This document shows, in pieces, positions 52,446 through 64,000 of a stretch of 64,000 nt of DNA (within the stretch, counting starts at the first letter, position 1; each line of letters starts with the position of its first letter). Under the pieces are notes generated by a model. That model did no database searches and was not told the DNA's origin. It saw only the letters and a program-made list of their open reading frames with translations. This stretch comes from Mobula hypostoma (taxonomy: Eukaryota), in assembly GCF_963921235.1 (NCBI RefSeq), contig NC_086118.1:22508001-22572000 (forward strand), read 5' to 3'. A program made the position numbers and the translations under genes.

Positions 52446-55400
52446 CTCCTCTATTCAACCATTCAATTGTGCTGACTGCATTCCTCATGAATTAACTGGA
52501 TATCTGTCAGAATTAAATCTTGGGTGAGAATCTGTACCTTGTCATGTTTAACAGGTGATCACAATTTCCCCCAAAAGTGAAACTGAAACAGGAATGCATT
52601 GTTCAACACTTGATTTCAGAGCAGGATACCTAGGTAAGACTCAAAGCACCTAAACAGCATCTTCTTTATTAACGAAAAAACAAAGATGCTTCAATAAGCT
52701 CAATGGCTGCATTTTCTCTTCTCTGTAGTTGCAAGACTTTATGGTAATATTTATAGAAGCTGAGTTAATGCCATTCAACTTGCTTTATAGAAAGGTAAAC
52801 ATTCTAGACATTTATATTCTATGGGTTGCTTGCTGGTTAACTGTTTTGTGCTTGTCTTCAGTTTTCTGCATAATTAATCTCATCAAGCATGAAATACTTA
52901 TCATTAAAGGAAATGTACTTGATAATGAATCTCAACAAGATGTTCTTATTTCCGGGCAATATTAGCAAGCTGCATCTGTCTGTATAATTACGTTGATGAC
53001 GACATATGGAAATCGCTCCAGAATACAGGTTGGCACACACAGACGTCTACACATGCTACAATGGTCAACAGACTTACAAGTTTGTCTGCAAAATGTTAGT
53101 GATGCAGGGCAAAGAGAGTTCCTTAGAACCTCTTGGAAAATGAAAACAGGCACTTCACATTCTATTCCACTGGAGCCTAGTCTAGTTTAAGCTGATCAAA
53201 GAATGGCTTGATACATTTACTATAATTCCAGCGCTAAATGTGCCATCTATTCAGATTATAAGTGAAAACACAGATATTGCTAACAAAATACCATGTTCCA
53301 TTTGGCTTTAATGATTGCTCTGCCCCATTTTATATTTACAGATTACATGGGCAGACATGTTTCCACATATGTCATTGGGAGTGAGAACACATAAACAATG
53401 AGTATGATACATATCAGTATTGGCTGAGTTCTCACCCAGCCATGTGGTTTTCATTTCAATGTAGGTGGAGTATTGACAAACGCAAGCCATATCTATTCAA
53501 TCAGCACAATCTGGAACAATGTTTTACTGTCCAGATGGGGTACAGACTTTAACAAGATAAGACCTGAAACAGTATTAGCTTTGCCCAAGATTATGGACAG
53601 GCTCTCTAGCCCACTAAAACTCAAGTCACAAAACCTCCTTTCTGAAATCCACTTTGCTATTTCATCTGTGATGCAGAAATCGAATGAATAAATGACCGAG
53701 ACAGAATTTTGTAGTTAGCCTTACCTACAATTCAAATCTGGCTTTTTGTTAGTTTATTTAATAACTGAACCTTAAGCCAACTATAACAATTGTGATAACT
53801 TAATTTATATAGATCAGCATTTTTGTTTTAAAGAAACATCCTGAACCACAGTACATAGGATTAGATTTGTTCTTTGAATACTTCATATCAATTTCAGACT
53901 CCATTAATGATAATAAATATGTCTTAGAGTTTTCACTTCACCTCAATTGTTTATCAAGATAGATAATCGTAGAGATTTATAGTCATAAGAAAGATGCATA
54001 ATATATAAAACTTGATGATTTTATTGGGTATTTTTCTTTTAAAAAGTTTCAGTTCAAATTTATTTGCATATGGCTAAGCATAAGGTTGGCTATGAAATAG
54101 CACATCTGAACATTGTAGATAATTTCTTTTAAGGTTTTAGATGTGTGTGAGAAATGTAACCGTGCAGTTTGATTAGTACTGCTGGAAATGGGTCTAACAG
54201 GAAAAAATATACTGTACACATGTGAATATTCAAATGAAAAAACAGAAAATGCCTTAAAAAACTGTAGAGAACTATTTGCTAGTCATGTCATTGTACATTC
54301 ATTAATAATTTCTATTACAAATTAACGAAGGAAAAGTTGGGTTAGAAGTCTTTCAAAATGTAGCATCCACGGAAAGAGAAATTGTTAATGCTTCAGGTGA
54401 ATCTAGAATGTCCTAGAATGGGTATGTTAATTGTAGACATCAGTCTCTCATCTCACTCCCTTAACCACACCAACCCCTCTCTCCTTCTCTCCCTCTCTCC
54501 CACCCTCCCTTTCTCCTTCTCACTCCCTCCCTTCAGAATCAGGTTTAGTATCACTGCTATATGTCATGAAATTTGTTGTTTTGTGGCAGCAGTTCATCAT
54601 AGTGCATAATAATAATAAAAACTATAGATTGCAATAAATAAATATATATTAAAAATAAGTAATAAGTAGCGCAAAAAGAGAGGGAAAACTAGTGAGGTAG
54701 TGTTCATGGATTCATTGTCCTTTCAGAAATCTGATGGCGGATGGGAAGAAGGTGTTTGTGAAACTCTTTGAGTGTGTAACGTCGGTGTCCTGCACATCCT
54801 CCCTGATGACAGCGCTATGAAGAGGTATGTCCTGGGTATGAAGGTCCTTAATGATGGATGATGCCTTTTTGAGTTATTGCCTTTTGGACACGTCCTCAAT
54901 GCTGGGGAGGCTGGTGCCTACGAAGGCACTGGATGAGTTTACAACTTTCTGCAGCTTTTTCCAGCCCTGTGCAGTGGCCACTCCATAAAACTGATGCAAC
55001 CAGTTCAAATACTCTCCGGGGGACATCTGTACAAATATGCTGGTGTATTTGGTGACATACCAAAAATCCTGATGAAATATAGCCACTGTTGTGCCTTCCT
55101 TGTAATTGCAACAGCATGTTGGGTGCAGGATAGGTCCTCAGAGGTGTTGTCACCCATGAAACTGCTCATCTTTTCCACCACTGATCCCTCAATGAGGACT
55201 GGTGTTTGTTCCCTCGACTTCCCCTTCCTGAAGTCCACAATCAATGCATTTGTCTCACGGATGGAGAGTGCAAGGTTGTTTTTGAGACACCACTCAATCA
55301 GCTGATCTATTTTGCTCACGTACACTTCCCCATTACCACCTGAAATTTTGCCAACAACCGTTACGTTGTCTGCAAATTTATAGATGGCACTTGAGCTCTG

Positions 55401-55754
55401 CCTAGCCACAGAGTCGTGGATGTAGAGGCAGTAGACAGTGGGCTAAGCCTTGAGGTGCACCAGTGTTGATTGACATTGAGGAGGAGATGTTATTTCTGAT
55501 CTGTACGTAATGTTGTCTTCTGGTGAGGAAGTCAATGATCCAGCTGCAGTGGGAGGTACAGAGGCCCAGGATTTGGAGCTTGTTAATTAGAACTGAGGGT
55601 ATGATAGTGTTGAATGCCAGGCTGTAATCAGTAAACAACAGACTGACTATTACTAGTGATCCAAGGCCGAGCGGAGATCCAATGAGATTGCACCTGTTGT
55701 AGACCTTTTGTGGTGACAGCAAAATTGTAGTGGGTCCTGGTCTTGCTTGGGCAG

Positions 55755-58567
55755 AAGTTTGACTGGAAGATGACGTTAGCAGGGATGACAGCAGAACAGC
55801 AATGGCAACAGATTCTGGAGGCAATTCGGAAGGATAGATATATCCCAAAGATGAATAAGTATTCTGAAGGGCGGATGACACGAATGTGGCTGACAAGGAA
55901 AGTCAAAAGACAGCATGAAAGGAATAGAGAAGCCATATAATATGGCAAATATTAGTGGGAATTAGAGGATTGGGAAGCTTTTAAAAACTAACAGAAGGTA
56001 ACCAAAGAAAGTCATAAGGAGAGAAAAGCTGAAATATAAAGGAAACCTGTGAGGCCTTTGTTGTTCAGGGTCAACCATGGATGTTGCATCCTAATTGTCT
56101 AGATATGCAAACCTGGGCAGTACAATATGGAGAGCAATCTGTTGCCCAGGCGGCAAGCATCCCCTCTCCACACATCTGACGAACCCAAGAAACAGTAGAG
56201 ACCTGATACAGTTTTGCACTAGCAGCATCGTAGGAGTTGCCAGTTAGCAATAAACATGATGGAGGATTGCCTTAGGTCTCCAGCTCTGGAATTTTCCCTT
56301 GGAGTTTATATCACTCCACTCTTTAAGAAGGGAGGGAGGCAGAAGGAAGAAAATTATAGGTCAGTTAGACTGACTTCAGCGGTTGAGAAGATGTTGGAAG
56401 CTATTATCCAGCATGATATTTTGGGGTACTTGGAGGTACATGATAAAATAGACCAAAAACTGCATAGTTTCCTTAAGGGAAATGTTACCTGTTATCTGTT
56501 GGAATTTTTCGGAAATAACAAGCAGGAACAGCTTGTTCCCCTCTGCCATTCAATTCCTGAATGGACTTTGAAGCTTTGGACACTACCTCACTTTTTAAAT
56601 TATACAGTATGTAACTCTTGCTTTGCCTAGCGGGTGATAACCCCCGGCCCAACCAAACTTAAGAAATCTCATTTAGGTGGATGCTACGTGATGTGTCCCC
56701 TGTTACAAATCAGTACCCTGAAATAACAAACAGTACGCAATATGCAATTAAATGATTAAGCTTTATAATTCTTACTTTGACTATATGGTAAGTAGAGAAA
56801 CGAAATAAAAGAAAAAAAGAAGTGGCCCAATCTTATTAATAGTCTGTGTGCAACGTTGGAGCTCACTCGTAGGCTGATCAGTCCCCATCGACCTCCTGTG
56901 ATTGTCGCTGCCCTTCGAACCCTTGCTCCGAGTCCACCCTGTCTGATGGTCTACCAAATCTCTCCATTCGTGTCTTCTCTCTTCATCTCTCTCTCTCTCT
57001 CTGACAAAAGCCCACAAAATCAACTGCTTCCAGATTCACAAGACAGGGCAACAAAAACCTGATTGGCTAACATGCATCCCACAGTCCTGTTATCTCCAGC
57101 CATAACCCAAACATCGCTGCTACAGAGAAGCCATTACTTCAGCAGTGAACATTACAAGTACTTCTGTTTTTGCATATTTTAAAATAATCTATTCAATATA
57201 TGTAATTAATGTACTTGTTTATTTATTATTATGTTTTATTTTATTTTTTTTCTCTCTGTCTGCTAGATTATGTATTGCTTTGAACTGCTGCTGCTAAGTT
57301 AACAAATTTCACGTCACATGCCAGTGATAATAAACCTGATTCTGATTCTGATTCAGATAGACAAAGGGTAGTCAGAGGATATTGTTTACTTGGATTTTCA
57401 GAAGGCTTTTGACAAGGTGCTGCACATGAGGCTGTTTAACGAGGTAAAAGTCCTTGGTGTTATAGGAAAGATACTAGCATGGATAGAGGATTGGCTGATT
57501 GGCAGGAGCAAAGATTGGGAATAAAGGGACCTTTTTCTGGTTGGCTGCCGGTGACTAGTGGTGTTCTGCAGGACTTGGTGTTGGGACCGCTTCTTTTCAC
57601 GCTATATGTCAGTGATTTCGATCTTGGAATTAATTGCTTTGTGGCCAATTTTGTGGATGGTATGAAGATAGGTGGATGGGCAGGTAGTGTTGAGGAAGCA
57701 GGAAGTTTGCAGAAGGACTGAGACAGATTGGGAGAATAGGCAAAGAAGTGGCAGATAGTATATAGTATAAGGATGTGTATGGACAAGCACTTTAGTAGAA
57801 GGAATAAAGGCATAAGTAATTTTTTAAATGGGGAGAAAATTCAAAAATCAGAGGAGCAAAGGGACTTGGGAGTCCTTGTTTAGGATTCCCTGAAAGTTAA
57901 CTTGTAAGTTGTATCAGTGGTAATGAAGGCAAATGCAATGACAGCATTTATTTTGAGCAGACTAGAATACATGAACAAGCATGTCAAGAACGTTATAAGG
58001 AATTGGTTAGACAGTACCTTGGGGATTATGAGTAGTTCTAAGCCTTTAATCTACAAAAAGATGTGCTGGCATTGGAGAGGTCCAGGGGAGGTTCATGAGA
58101 ATGATTTCTGTAATGAAAGTTTTAACATGTGCAAAGTGTTTGATGGCTCTGGCCCTGTACACATCACAGTTCAGAAGTATGAGGGGGTAGCTCATTGAAG
58201 GCTATTGAATATTGAAAGGCCTAGATAGAGCAGATGTGGAGATAATTTTTCCTATAGTGGGTGAGTCTCGGACCAGAGTCTCAGAATAGAGGAATCTCCA
58301 TTTAGAACAGAAATGAGGAGGAATCTCTTTAGCCAGAGGTTAGTGAATCTGTGGAATTCGCTGTCACAGATGACTGTGGAGGCCAAGTCATTGAGCATAT
58401 TTAGAGCAGAGGTTGATAGTTTCCTGATTAATCATGGTGTCAAAGGTTATGGGGAGAAGGCAGAAGAATGGGATTGAGTGGGGTAATAATGATCTAATCC
58501 GGGAACAGGCTCACTGGGCCAAATGGCCTAAATCTGCTCCTATGTATTAAGCTCTCATGGTCTTATG
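55755..58567 (+). mobile_element. Decayed CR1 nested in the Rex element, itself interrupted at ~56048-56305 and ~56527-57355
   Basis: Peptides TPLFKKGGR, YLDFQKAFDKV and GVLQDLVLGPLLF. Tail ctcatggtcttatg. Confidence 0.88.
56610..57156. mobile_element. Solo LTR (547 bp) with a 4-bp TSD
   Basis: TGTAA...TTACA termini. TSD AGTA at 56606-56609 and 57157-57160. Interrupts a Rex 3' UTR (~56527-57355) that ends in (gattct)n. Confidence 0.85.
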
Positions 58568-60221
58568 AGTTGATTCTAGTCATCCTAGACCTCTTAAGGT
58601 AATCTTCACAGTAGATGTGAGTGCCATTAGATGACAGTCATTGAGGCAATACACCCTGGTCTTCTTAGGCACTAGTATGGTTGTTGCCCTTTTGAAACAG
58701 GGCTGAACCTTTAACTGCAACAGTGAGAGATTGAAGATCTCCTTGAACACTCCCACCAGTTGGTTGGCACTGGTTTTCATAGCCCTACCAAGTTCACCAG
58801 CAGGACCTGATGCCTTTTAAGGGTCCTTGAATGAAGTTCTGACTTGCTCCTCCGAGACAGAGATCACATGTCACCAGATGCTGCAGAGATTCACACAGGT
58901 GTAGTTTTATTCTCCTTTTCAAAGCGTGCAAAAAAGGTATCAAGCTCATCTGGGAGTGAAGCATCACAGCCACTCACGTTGTTAGGTTTTGCTTTGTAGG
59001 ATATGATGCCATACAAAACCTGCCAGATCTGACTATCATCTGATTCTGACTCTAACCTCAATTAGAACTGTTCCTTCACTCTTAAAATAGCCTGTTGCAG
59101 GTCATACCTGGGCTTTTTGTATAGCCCTGGATCACCAGTCTTGAATGCTACAGAATTAGCCCTTAACAGACTACGAATCTCCTGTTTCATCGATGGCTTT
59201 TGGTTTGGGTATGTCCGGTATGTTCTCGAAGGCACGCGCTCATCCGTACAAGTCTTGATGAGGTTGGTGACAATAGTGGTGTATTCATTCAGATTTGAAG
59301 ATGAATCTCTATATATTGTCCAGTTCACTGCCTCAAAGCAGTCCTGTAAATGCTCCTCCACCTCTCTTCTCGGTCTTTGCCACTGGTGTTGTTGTCTTTA
59401 GTCTCAGCCTATACTCTGGGAGTAGAAGTACAGGCAAAGTGTGGGCATGGGTGGCATGGTCCCTTTCCCTCTGTATCTCCATTCTGTCCCATTCCCTTAA
59501 TCTATTTTCCCTCTTTTTCTTCAACACTCTTTACCGCCTTTCCCTGTTTACATTCTACCCCCATTCCCCTCCATTCTTCCCTCCCCTATTCCCACTAATC
59601 TCATCCAAAACTCTTATTCCCTCTGCTCCATCATTCTTCTTCCCCCACTCGCCACTCCCCAAAGTTCCTTCCCTGCTTCATGTACTTCCAGCACACTCTC
59701 TGAGTGAAAATGATCTGTTTTGCAAACACCATGTGGCTTAAAATTGTACCTAAGTGCTACCTGTCTCATTTTAAGCCGACTTGAACTTCTTTGCAGTAGA
59801 ATAAAAGCCAAGGAGATCGGTGCTTAATAACTTTGATAATCTTTTCTTCTACTTTGTCCTATGTAAATTGTTGCCTATTCCTCCGCTTTCATTTCCCATC
59901 TATTTCCAACATAGTACGCAACGGTATGGAAGACCTGAAATGGTCAAATGTATGATCTGGGCTTTAGAAATCAGTAAAGTTTCAAGTTTGGCCATTGTGA
60001 TGATGGCTTCCACTTTTTCCTTCACTGGTTCTGATCATTGATGCTAACCTTTTGACCAAAGTACAACACTTCTTATTGATCAAGTGCACAGTTGCTTCTT
60101 TATAACGTCACCTTTTTTACCTTATAATCACCTGATCACTTCTCCCAAGATCGAATTTTCTTCAGTGTTTATGGCAATTAACAGATTGGTTACTCAAACC
60201 ATCAACCATTACTTAAAAGAT

Positions 60222-60512
60222 TTTATTTATTTATTTATTGGGATACAGCATGGAATAGGCCCTCCTGGCTGTTCGAGCAGCCCTGCTCAGCAATCCCCCA
60301 ATTTAATACTAGCATAATCACGGGACCATTTACAATGACCAAGTAATCACTAACCGATACATCTTTAGACTGTGGGAGGAAACTGGAGCACCCAGCGGAA
60401 ACCCACGTGGTCACAGGAAGAATGCACAAAGTACTTACAGGCAACAACAGGAAATGAACCTCGATTGCCTGTACTGTAAAGCATTGTGCGAACCATTACG
60501 TGACTGTGCCAC
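60222..60512 (-). mobile_element. V-SINE (HE1-like)
   Basis: V-domain tgtgggaggaaactggagcacccagcggaaacccacgtggtcacagg, a tRNA-like head near 60510, and a (TTTA)n tail. Confidence 0.85.
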
Positions 60513-61129
60513 ATGTCATAGCCAAGGGAATCTTGAGCATAGACTTGACTTCACTGAATGAAGTTGTGTACTGTATGAGAAAACTCCTTTGTACTCATTG
60601 ATGGTCTGCTACTGATGACTCTGTTTATTGGCATTCTATTACACATGGTCACGGGAAAGGTCAAATTTAATGTCTTCATCTGACTGTTTGATCTGCCAAC
60701 AAATATTCTGAAGTGGTTAGCAGGCATTATTATCATTTTGCGTGGATTCAGTATGATTTTCCAGGCTCCATAACACAATGCCAGTTTGACTTCCCCAGGA
60801 AAACCCTGTGTGGTGCCACAATTTCCTCTGATCAATTTTCACAAGGACATAATTGTGTTCCAGCTTATCCAATTTCTTCTCAACTTGAATTTTTAGGACA
60901 GATGGAACCGGTTCGAGCTTCAAAGAGATTGGCTTTGCATCAGATACGCATACATGCATCGCATCTTCAAATTTGCAGGTCTTCCCCAGGAAACAAACAC
61001 ACAACTCTTGTACAGACTCAGCTATGAATGAGTGTACAGAAAAGTGGTGAGTTGGATATGCCAGTTGCTGTGTTAACATCTTCTGCTGGTAGGAACCTGG
61101 TTTGTGGCAATCATTGTAACTTGGTTAAG

Positions 61130-62095
61130 TTAAAGTCAAAGTACGTTTATTATCAAAGAATGGATAAATGATACAACCTTGAGATTTATTTGCTCACAGG
61201 CAGCCACAAAGCAACAAAACCTGAAAGAATCCAATTAAAGAAAAGAATAAGTAAAAATGAAAAGACCAACACCCAATGCACAAGATAAAGGAAAAGAACA
61301 CAAATCATACAGGTTATTGAAGCGGACAACAACATTCCAAACCAAACTGAGTCCTCAGATCCAGACCCTGGGGCGGCCCAGGGAAAGCGTAAAGCTTTGC
61401 TTATCAGTTCATCATATTAGCAGGCACTGAGCACAGTGGCCGGGGCAGTATTCATAGCCTCAGCACCATGGAGAGAGGAAAACCAATAAAATCAGCTCTC
61501 GCTTCGGATCCCGACACCCTGTCTTTTTAGTCTATCTTGGTCGGCGTTTAAATTGACCTAACAATAGGACAGTGAAAGGCTCTGGCACCCTGGAGAGAGG
61601 AGTGAACACCTTGGCGAGCGAAAGCGGTTCTCACCTCTGATCTGGGCCGGTGTTTAAATTGTCTAAACAGCGGATGGTACCTCACACTAGGACTCAGCTA
61701 CTGTGAAGACCTACACCATCTCACCGCACAACTTGCTCCAGGCCCGGAATTCACCGCCCAGCCCAAAGCCCCTCTCAAGCTCTTCAAACCAGCTCGGTGC
61801 CCAGAGCGATCCACCCTCACACCCAGGCCAGTTATATGGGCATCGGAACTCCACTGCCTCGACCTCTCCTCTCCGAATGACTCACCCCATCTGCATCGAT
61901 TCTGCAACACTCCATGACGGCTCATCCCCTGAACTCACCTCGCCATCACGCAGCCCTTCACTGTTTACGGCAATAATTTGAAACAATTTACCTCAGAAAA
62001 GGTGTTTTTAGTGATGTTTTAGTCAAACTTCTTGCCTTTCTTAAAATTACCAGTGAGCTGCCACACACATTCGGTAGCGCCATCTTAACCAGAAA
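61130..62095 (-). mobile_element. Non-coding Rex-like retroposon (~960 bp)
   Basis: Minus-strand 5' end ggttAAGATGGCGc at ~62085. Rex-like 3' end aaagtcaaagtacgtttattatcaaag...tgagattt. No RT peptide. Confidence 0.65.
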
Positions 62096-63383
62096 GTGTT
62101 CTGCTTTAACTGCACTTGCCTTGATTTTCCGATTTTTAAAATTTAATTGTACTGCTGGATGGCCACATTTCTGATTTGGTAACTGTTTGGGTTGCAAACA
62201 GTTCTCAAGAATGGAAACCTCTGATAATCTGGGGAGGACGTGTATCTTTTGAACAATGTTTCAAGTTCCATCTCTGACGGATCAAGATTTCACATTTGAA
62301 GCCACTGTATTAGGTGAGTTTCCATTTTGTCCTGCAAACTCACCTAAACTTGTTAACTGAAAGACATCTACATCCTTCAACAAACCTGAAGGTAAACTAC
62401 TGGCCTTCTCACTGATTTGTACTGTCATCAATGTATATTATGCATCTATCCAAGGAAGTTTACTTGCAAGGCAGTGCACTTAAATGATTTATGTGCTGAC
62501 TCTTGCTGCAGGTTGGATGTTATGGAGAGCATGTAACATTATTATTTTGCTGAAAAGTAGGCGCACAACATAACTCTCCCGTCCAGTCACAATCACAATG
62601 CAAGCATGAAATGAATAGAGAGGAAAATGCATCCATGTGTAAAGGTACACTGCATTATATATTACAGTGAGTAAAGTTTATGTCATTGCATTGAAACTTC
62701 AGTTTCTCTGCAGCTCATCAAATTTCAGAGTCAATGATCCCAAAATTAGATTTTCCCTCTGAATAACCTATTCACTTCTAACTCCATTATTCTGATAATT
62801 TATTGAACGTTTCCTTTCGAGGAATTATGCACATAGAATTGTATTAATGCAAGTGTAATGGTGTTTGAGAAGAAGTGAACTAACAATCGCTAAGAAATTC
62901 ATCTGTGCCAGTGATTATTTTGGGCATGGGTGAGCTACCACACATCAACGATACACAGGGAGCAAAGAGTCGGGTATTACACAAGTCCAGAGCCAGGATA
63001 TAGACAACAAGCTTTGTTCGTGCACTGTCTGCGCACATGCTCTAAAGAAGGCACCAAAATTACAATGCAAGGATACATTCTTTAATGAATTAATGTCCTT
63101 ACTTGATTACTCACCACATTTCTGACACAAAATCACTTTCTCCTGTTCCAAAAATTAGCCTTTCACTATCTTTGAACCAGTTATATTTTGATTTGCACGG
63201 GGCAAAATTTGTCAGATGTTTCTGAACCAACTTCCAACAGGTGCATTTTACACTCACCAATTGCATCATCTGAGATGTTGCAACTTCACCCATCCTTTAA
63301 ATCTCCAGGTTATGGTTAACTTCAAAGAACATGTCCATTCATTCATAGTCATAGGGGACAGAGATCAGGTTGGAAGCGATAGT

Positions 63384-64000
63384 CATAGAAAAACATAGAA
63401 AAAAATAGGTGCAGGAGTAGGCCATTCGGCCCTTCGAGCCTGCACCGCCATTTATTATGATCATGGCTGATCATCCAACTCAGAACCCTGCACCAGCCTT
63501 CCCTCCATACCCTCTGATCCCCCTAGCCACAAGGGCCATATCTAACTCCCTCTTAGATATAGCCAATGAACTGGCCTCAACTGTTTCCTGTGGCAGAGAA
63601 TTCCACAGATTCACCACTCTCTGTGTGAAGAAGTTTTTCCTAATCTCAGTCCTAAAAGGCTTCGCCTTTATCCTCAAACAGTGACCCCTCGTTCTGGACT
63701 TCCCCAACATCGGGAACAATCTTCCTGCAACTAGCCTGTCCAATCCCTTTAGGATTTTATACGTTTCAATCAGATCCCCCCTCAATCTTCTAAATTCCAA
63801 CGAGTACAAGCCTAGTTCATCCAGTCTTTCTTCATATGAAAGTCCTGTCATCCCAGGAATCAATCTGGTGAACCTTCTTTGTACTCCCTCTATGGCAAGG
63901 ATGTCTTTCCTCAGATTAGGGGACCAAAACTGCACACAATACTCCAGGTGTGGTCTCACCAAGGCCTTGTACAACTGCAGTAGTACCTCCCTGCTCCTGT
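63384..64000 (-). mobile_element. Young CR1 LINE 3' end, continuing beyond the window
   Basis: Uninterrupted ORF2 C-terminus 63974-63480 (YKALVRPHLEYCVQFWSP...FFTQRVVNLWNSLP). catagaaa tail. Confidence 0.95.

Larger units (their letters stand above)
54533..59455 (-). mobile_element. Decayed Rex1/Babar LINE split by a CR1 insertion (own segments 54533-55755 and 58568-59455)
   Basis: Peptides IYKFADNVTVVG, LFTDYSLAFNTI, CFKRATTILVPKK and YPNQKP. Tail cagaatcagg at ~54535. Confidence 0.88.
59690..62450 (-). pseudogene. Highly decayed Gypsy/Ty3 pol (protease-RT), interrupted by a SINE and a Rex-like element
   Basis: Minus strand, in canonical order: EMELET (~62270), DAKPISLKLEPVPSVLKIQVEKKLDKLE (~60900), NLLIAINTEENSILGEVIR (~60160), EVLYFGQKV and PVKEKVEAII (~60020-60070). 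Confidence 0.7.

Noticed and set aside
52962..53153. Cys-rich 63-aa minus-strand ORF
   Set aside because: Cys spacing matches no domain I recognise, and it is short enough to be chance.
60600..60670. Plus-strand peptide WHSITHGHGKGQI, suggesting a transposase motif
   Set aside because: It is followed immediately by a stop, and the region is better explained as antisense of the decayed Gypsy pol.

Overview
This is repeat-saturated vertebrate DNA, most likely intronic or intergenic sequence from a cartilaginous fish (ray or shark). That assignment is inferred from the repeat repertoire: CR1 LINEs, HE1-like V-SINEs, Rex1/Babar, Penelope termini and a Deu-SINE-like piece. I found no supportable host gene, RNA gene or CRISPR array, and the recognisable ORFs are transposon debris. 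The window holds many decayed CR1 and Rex1/Babar LINEs; RTE, RTE-X, Nimb/I-type and L1 fragments; Penelope-like remnants; two solo LTRs with intact target-site duplications (TSDs); a decayed Gypsy pol; and Tc1, Tigger and hAT derivatives. The most notable structures are: (i) minimal hammerhead-ribozyme motifs in two different Penelope-type termini, with several short copies bounded at the ribozyme core; (ii) a twin-priming 5'-inverted L1 with a 12-bp TSD; (iii) a ~240-bp palindrome inside a Tigger deletion derivative; (iv) a 58-bp hAT MITE; (v) a tandem-repeat-expanded solo LTR; (vi) a ~670-bp non-coding retroposon family in two copies; and (vii) a four-level nested insertion stack. Family calls come from remembered motifs, not database searches. 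Boundaries are approximate unless a TSD or TIR is quoted.
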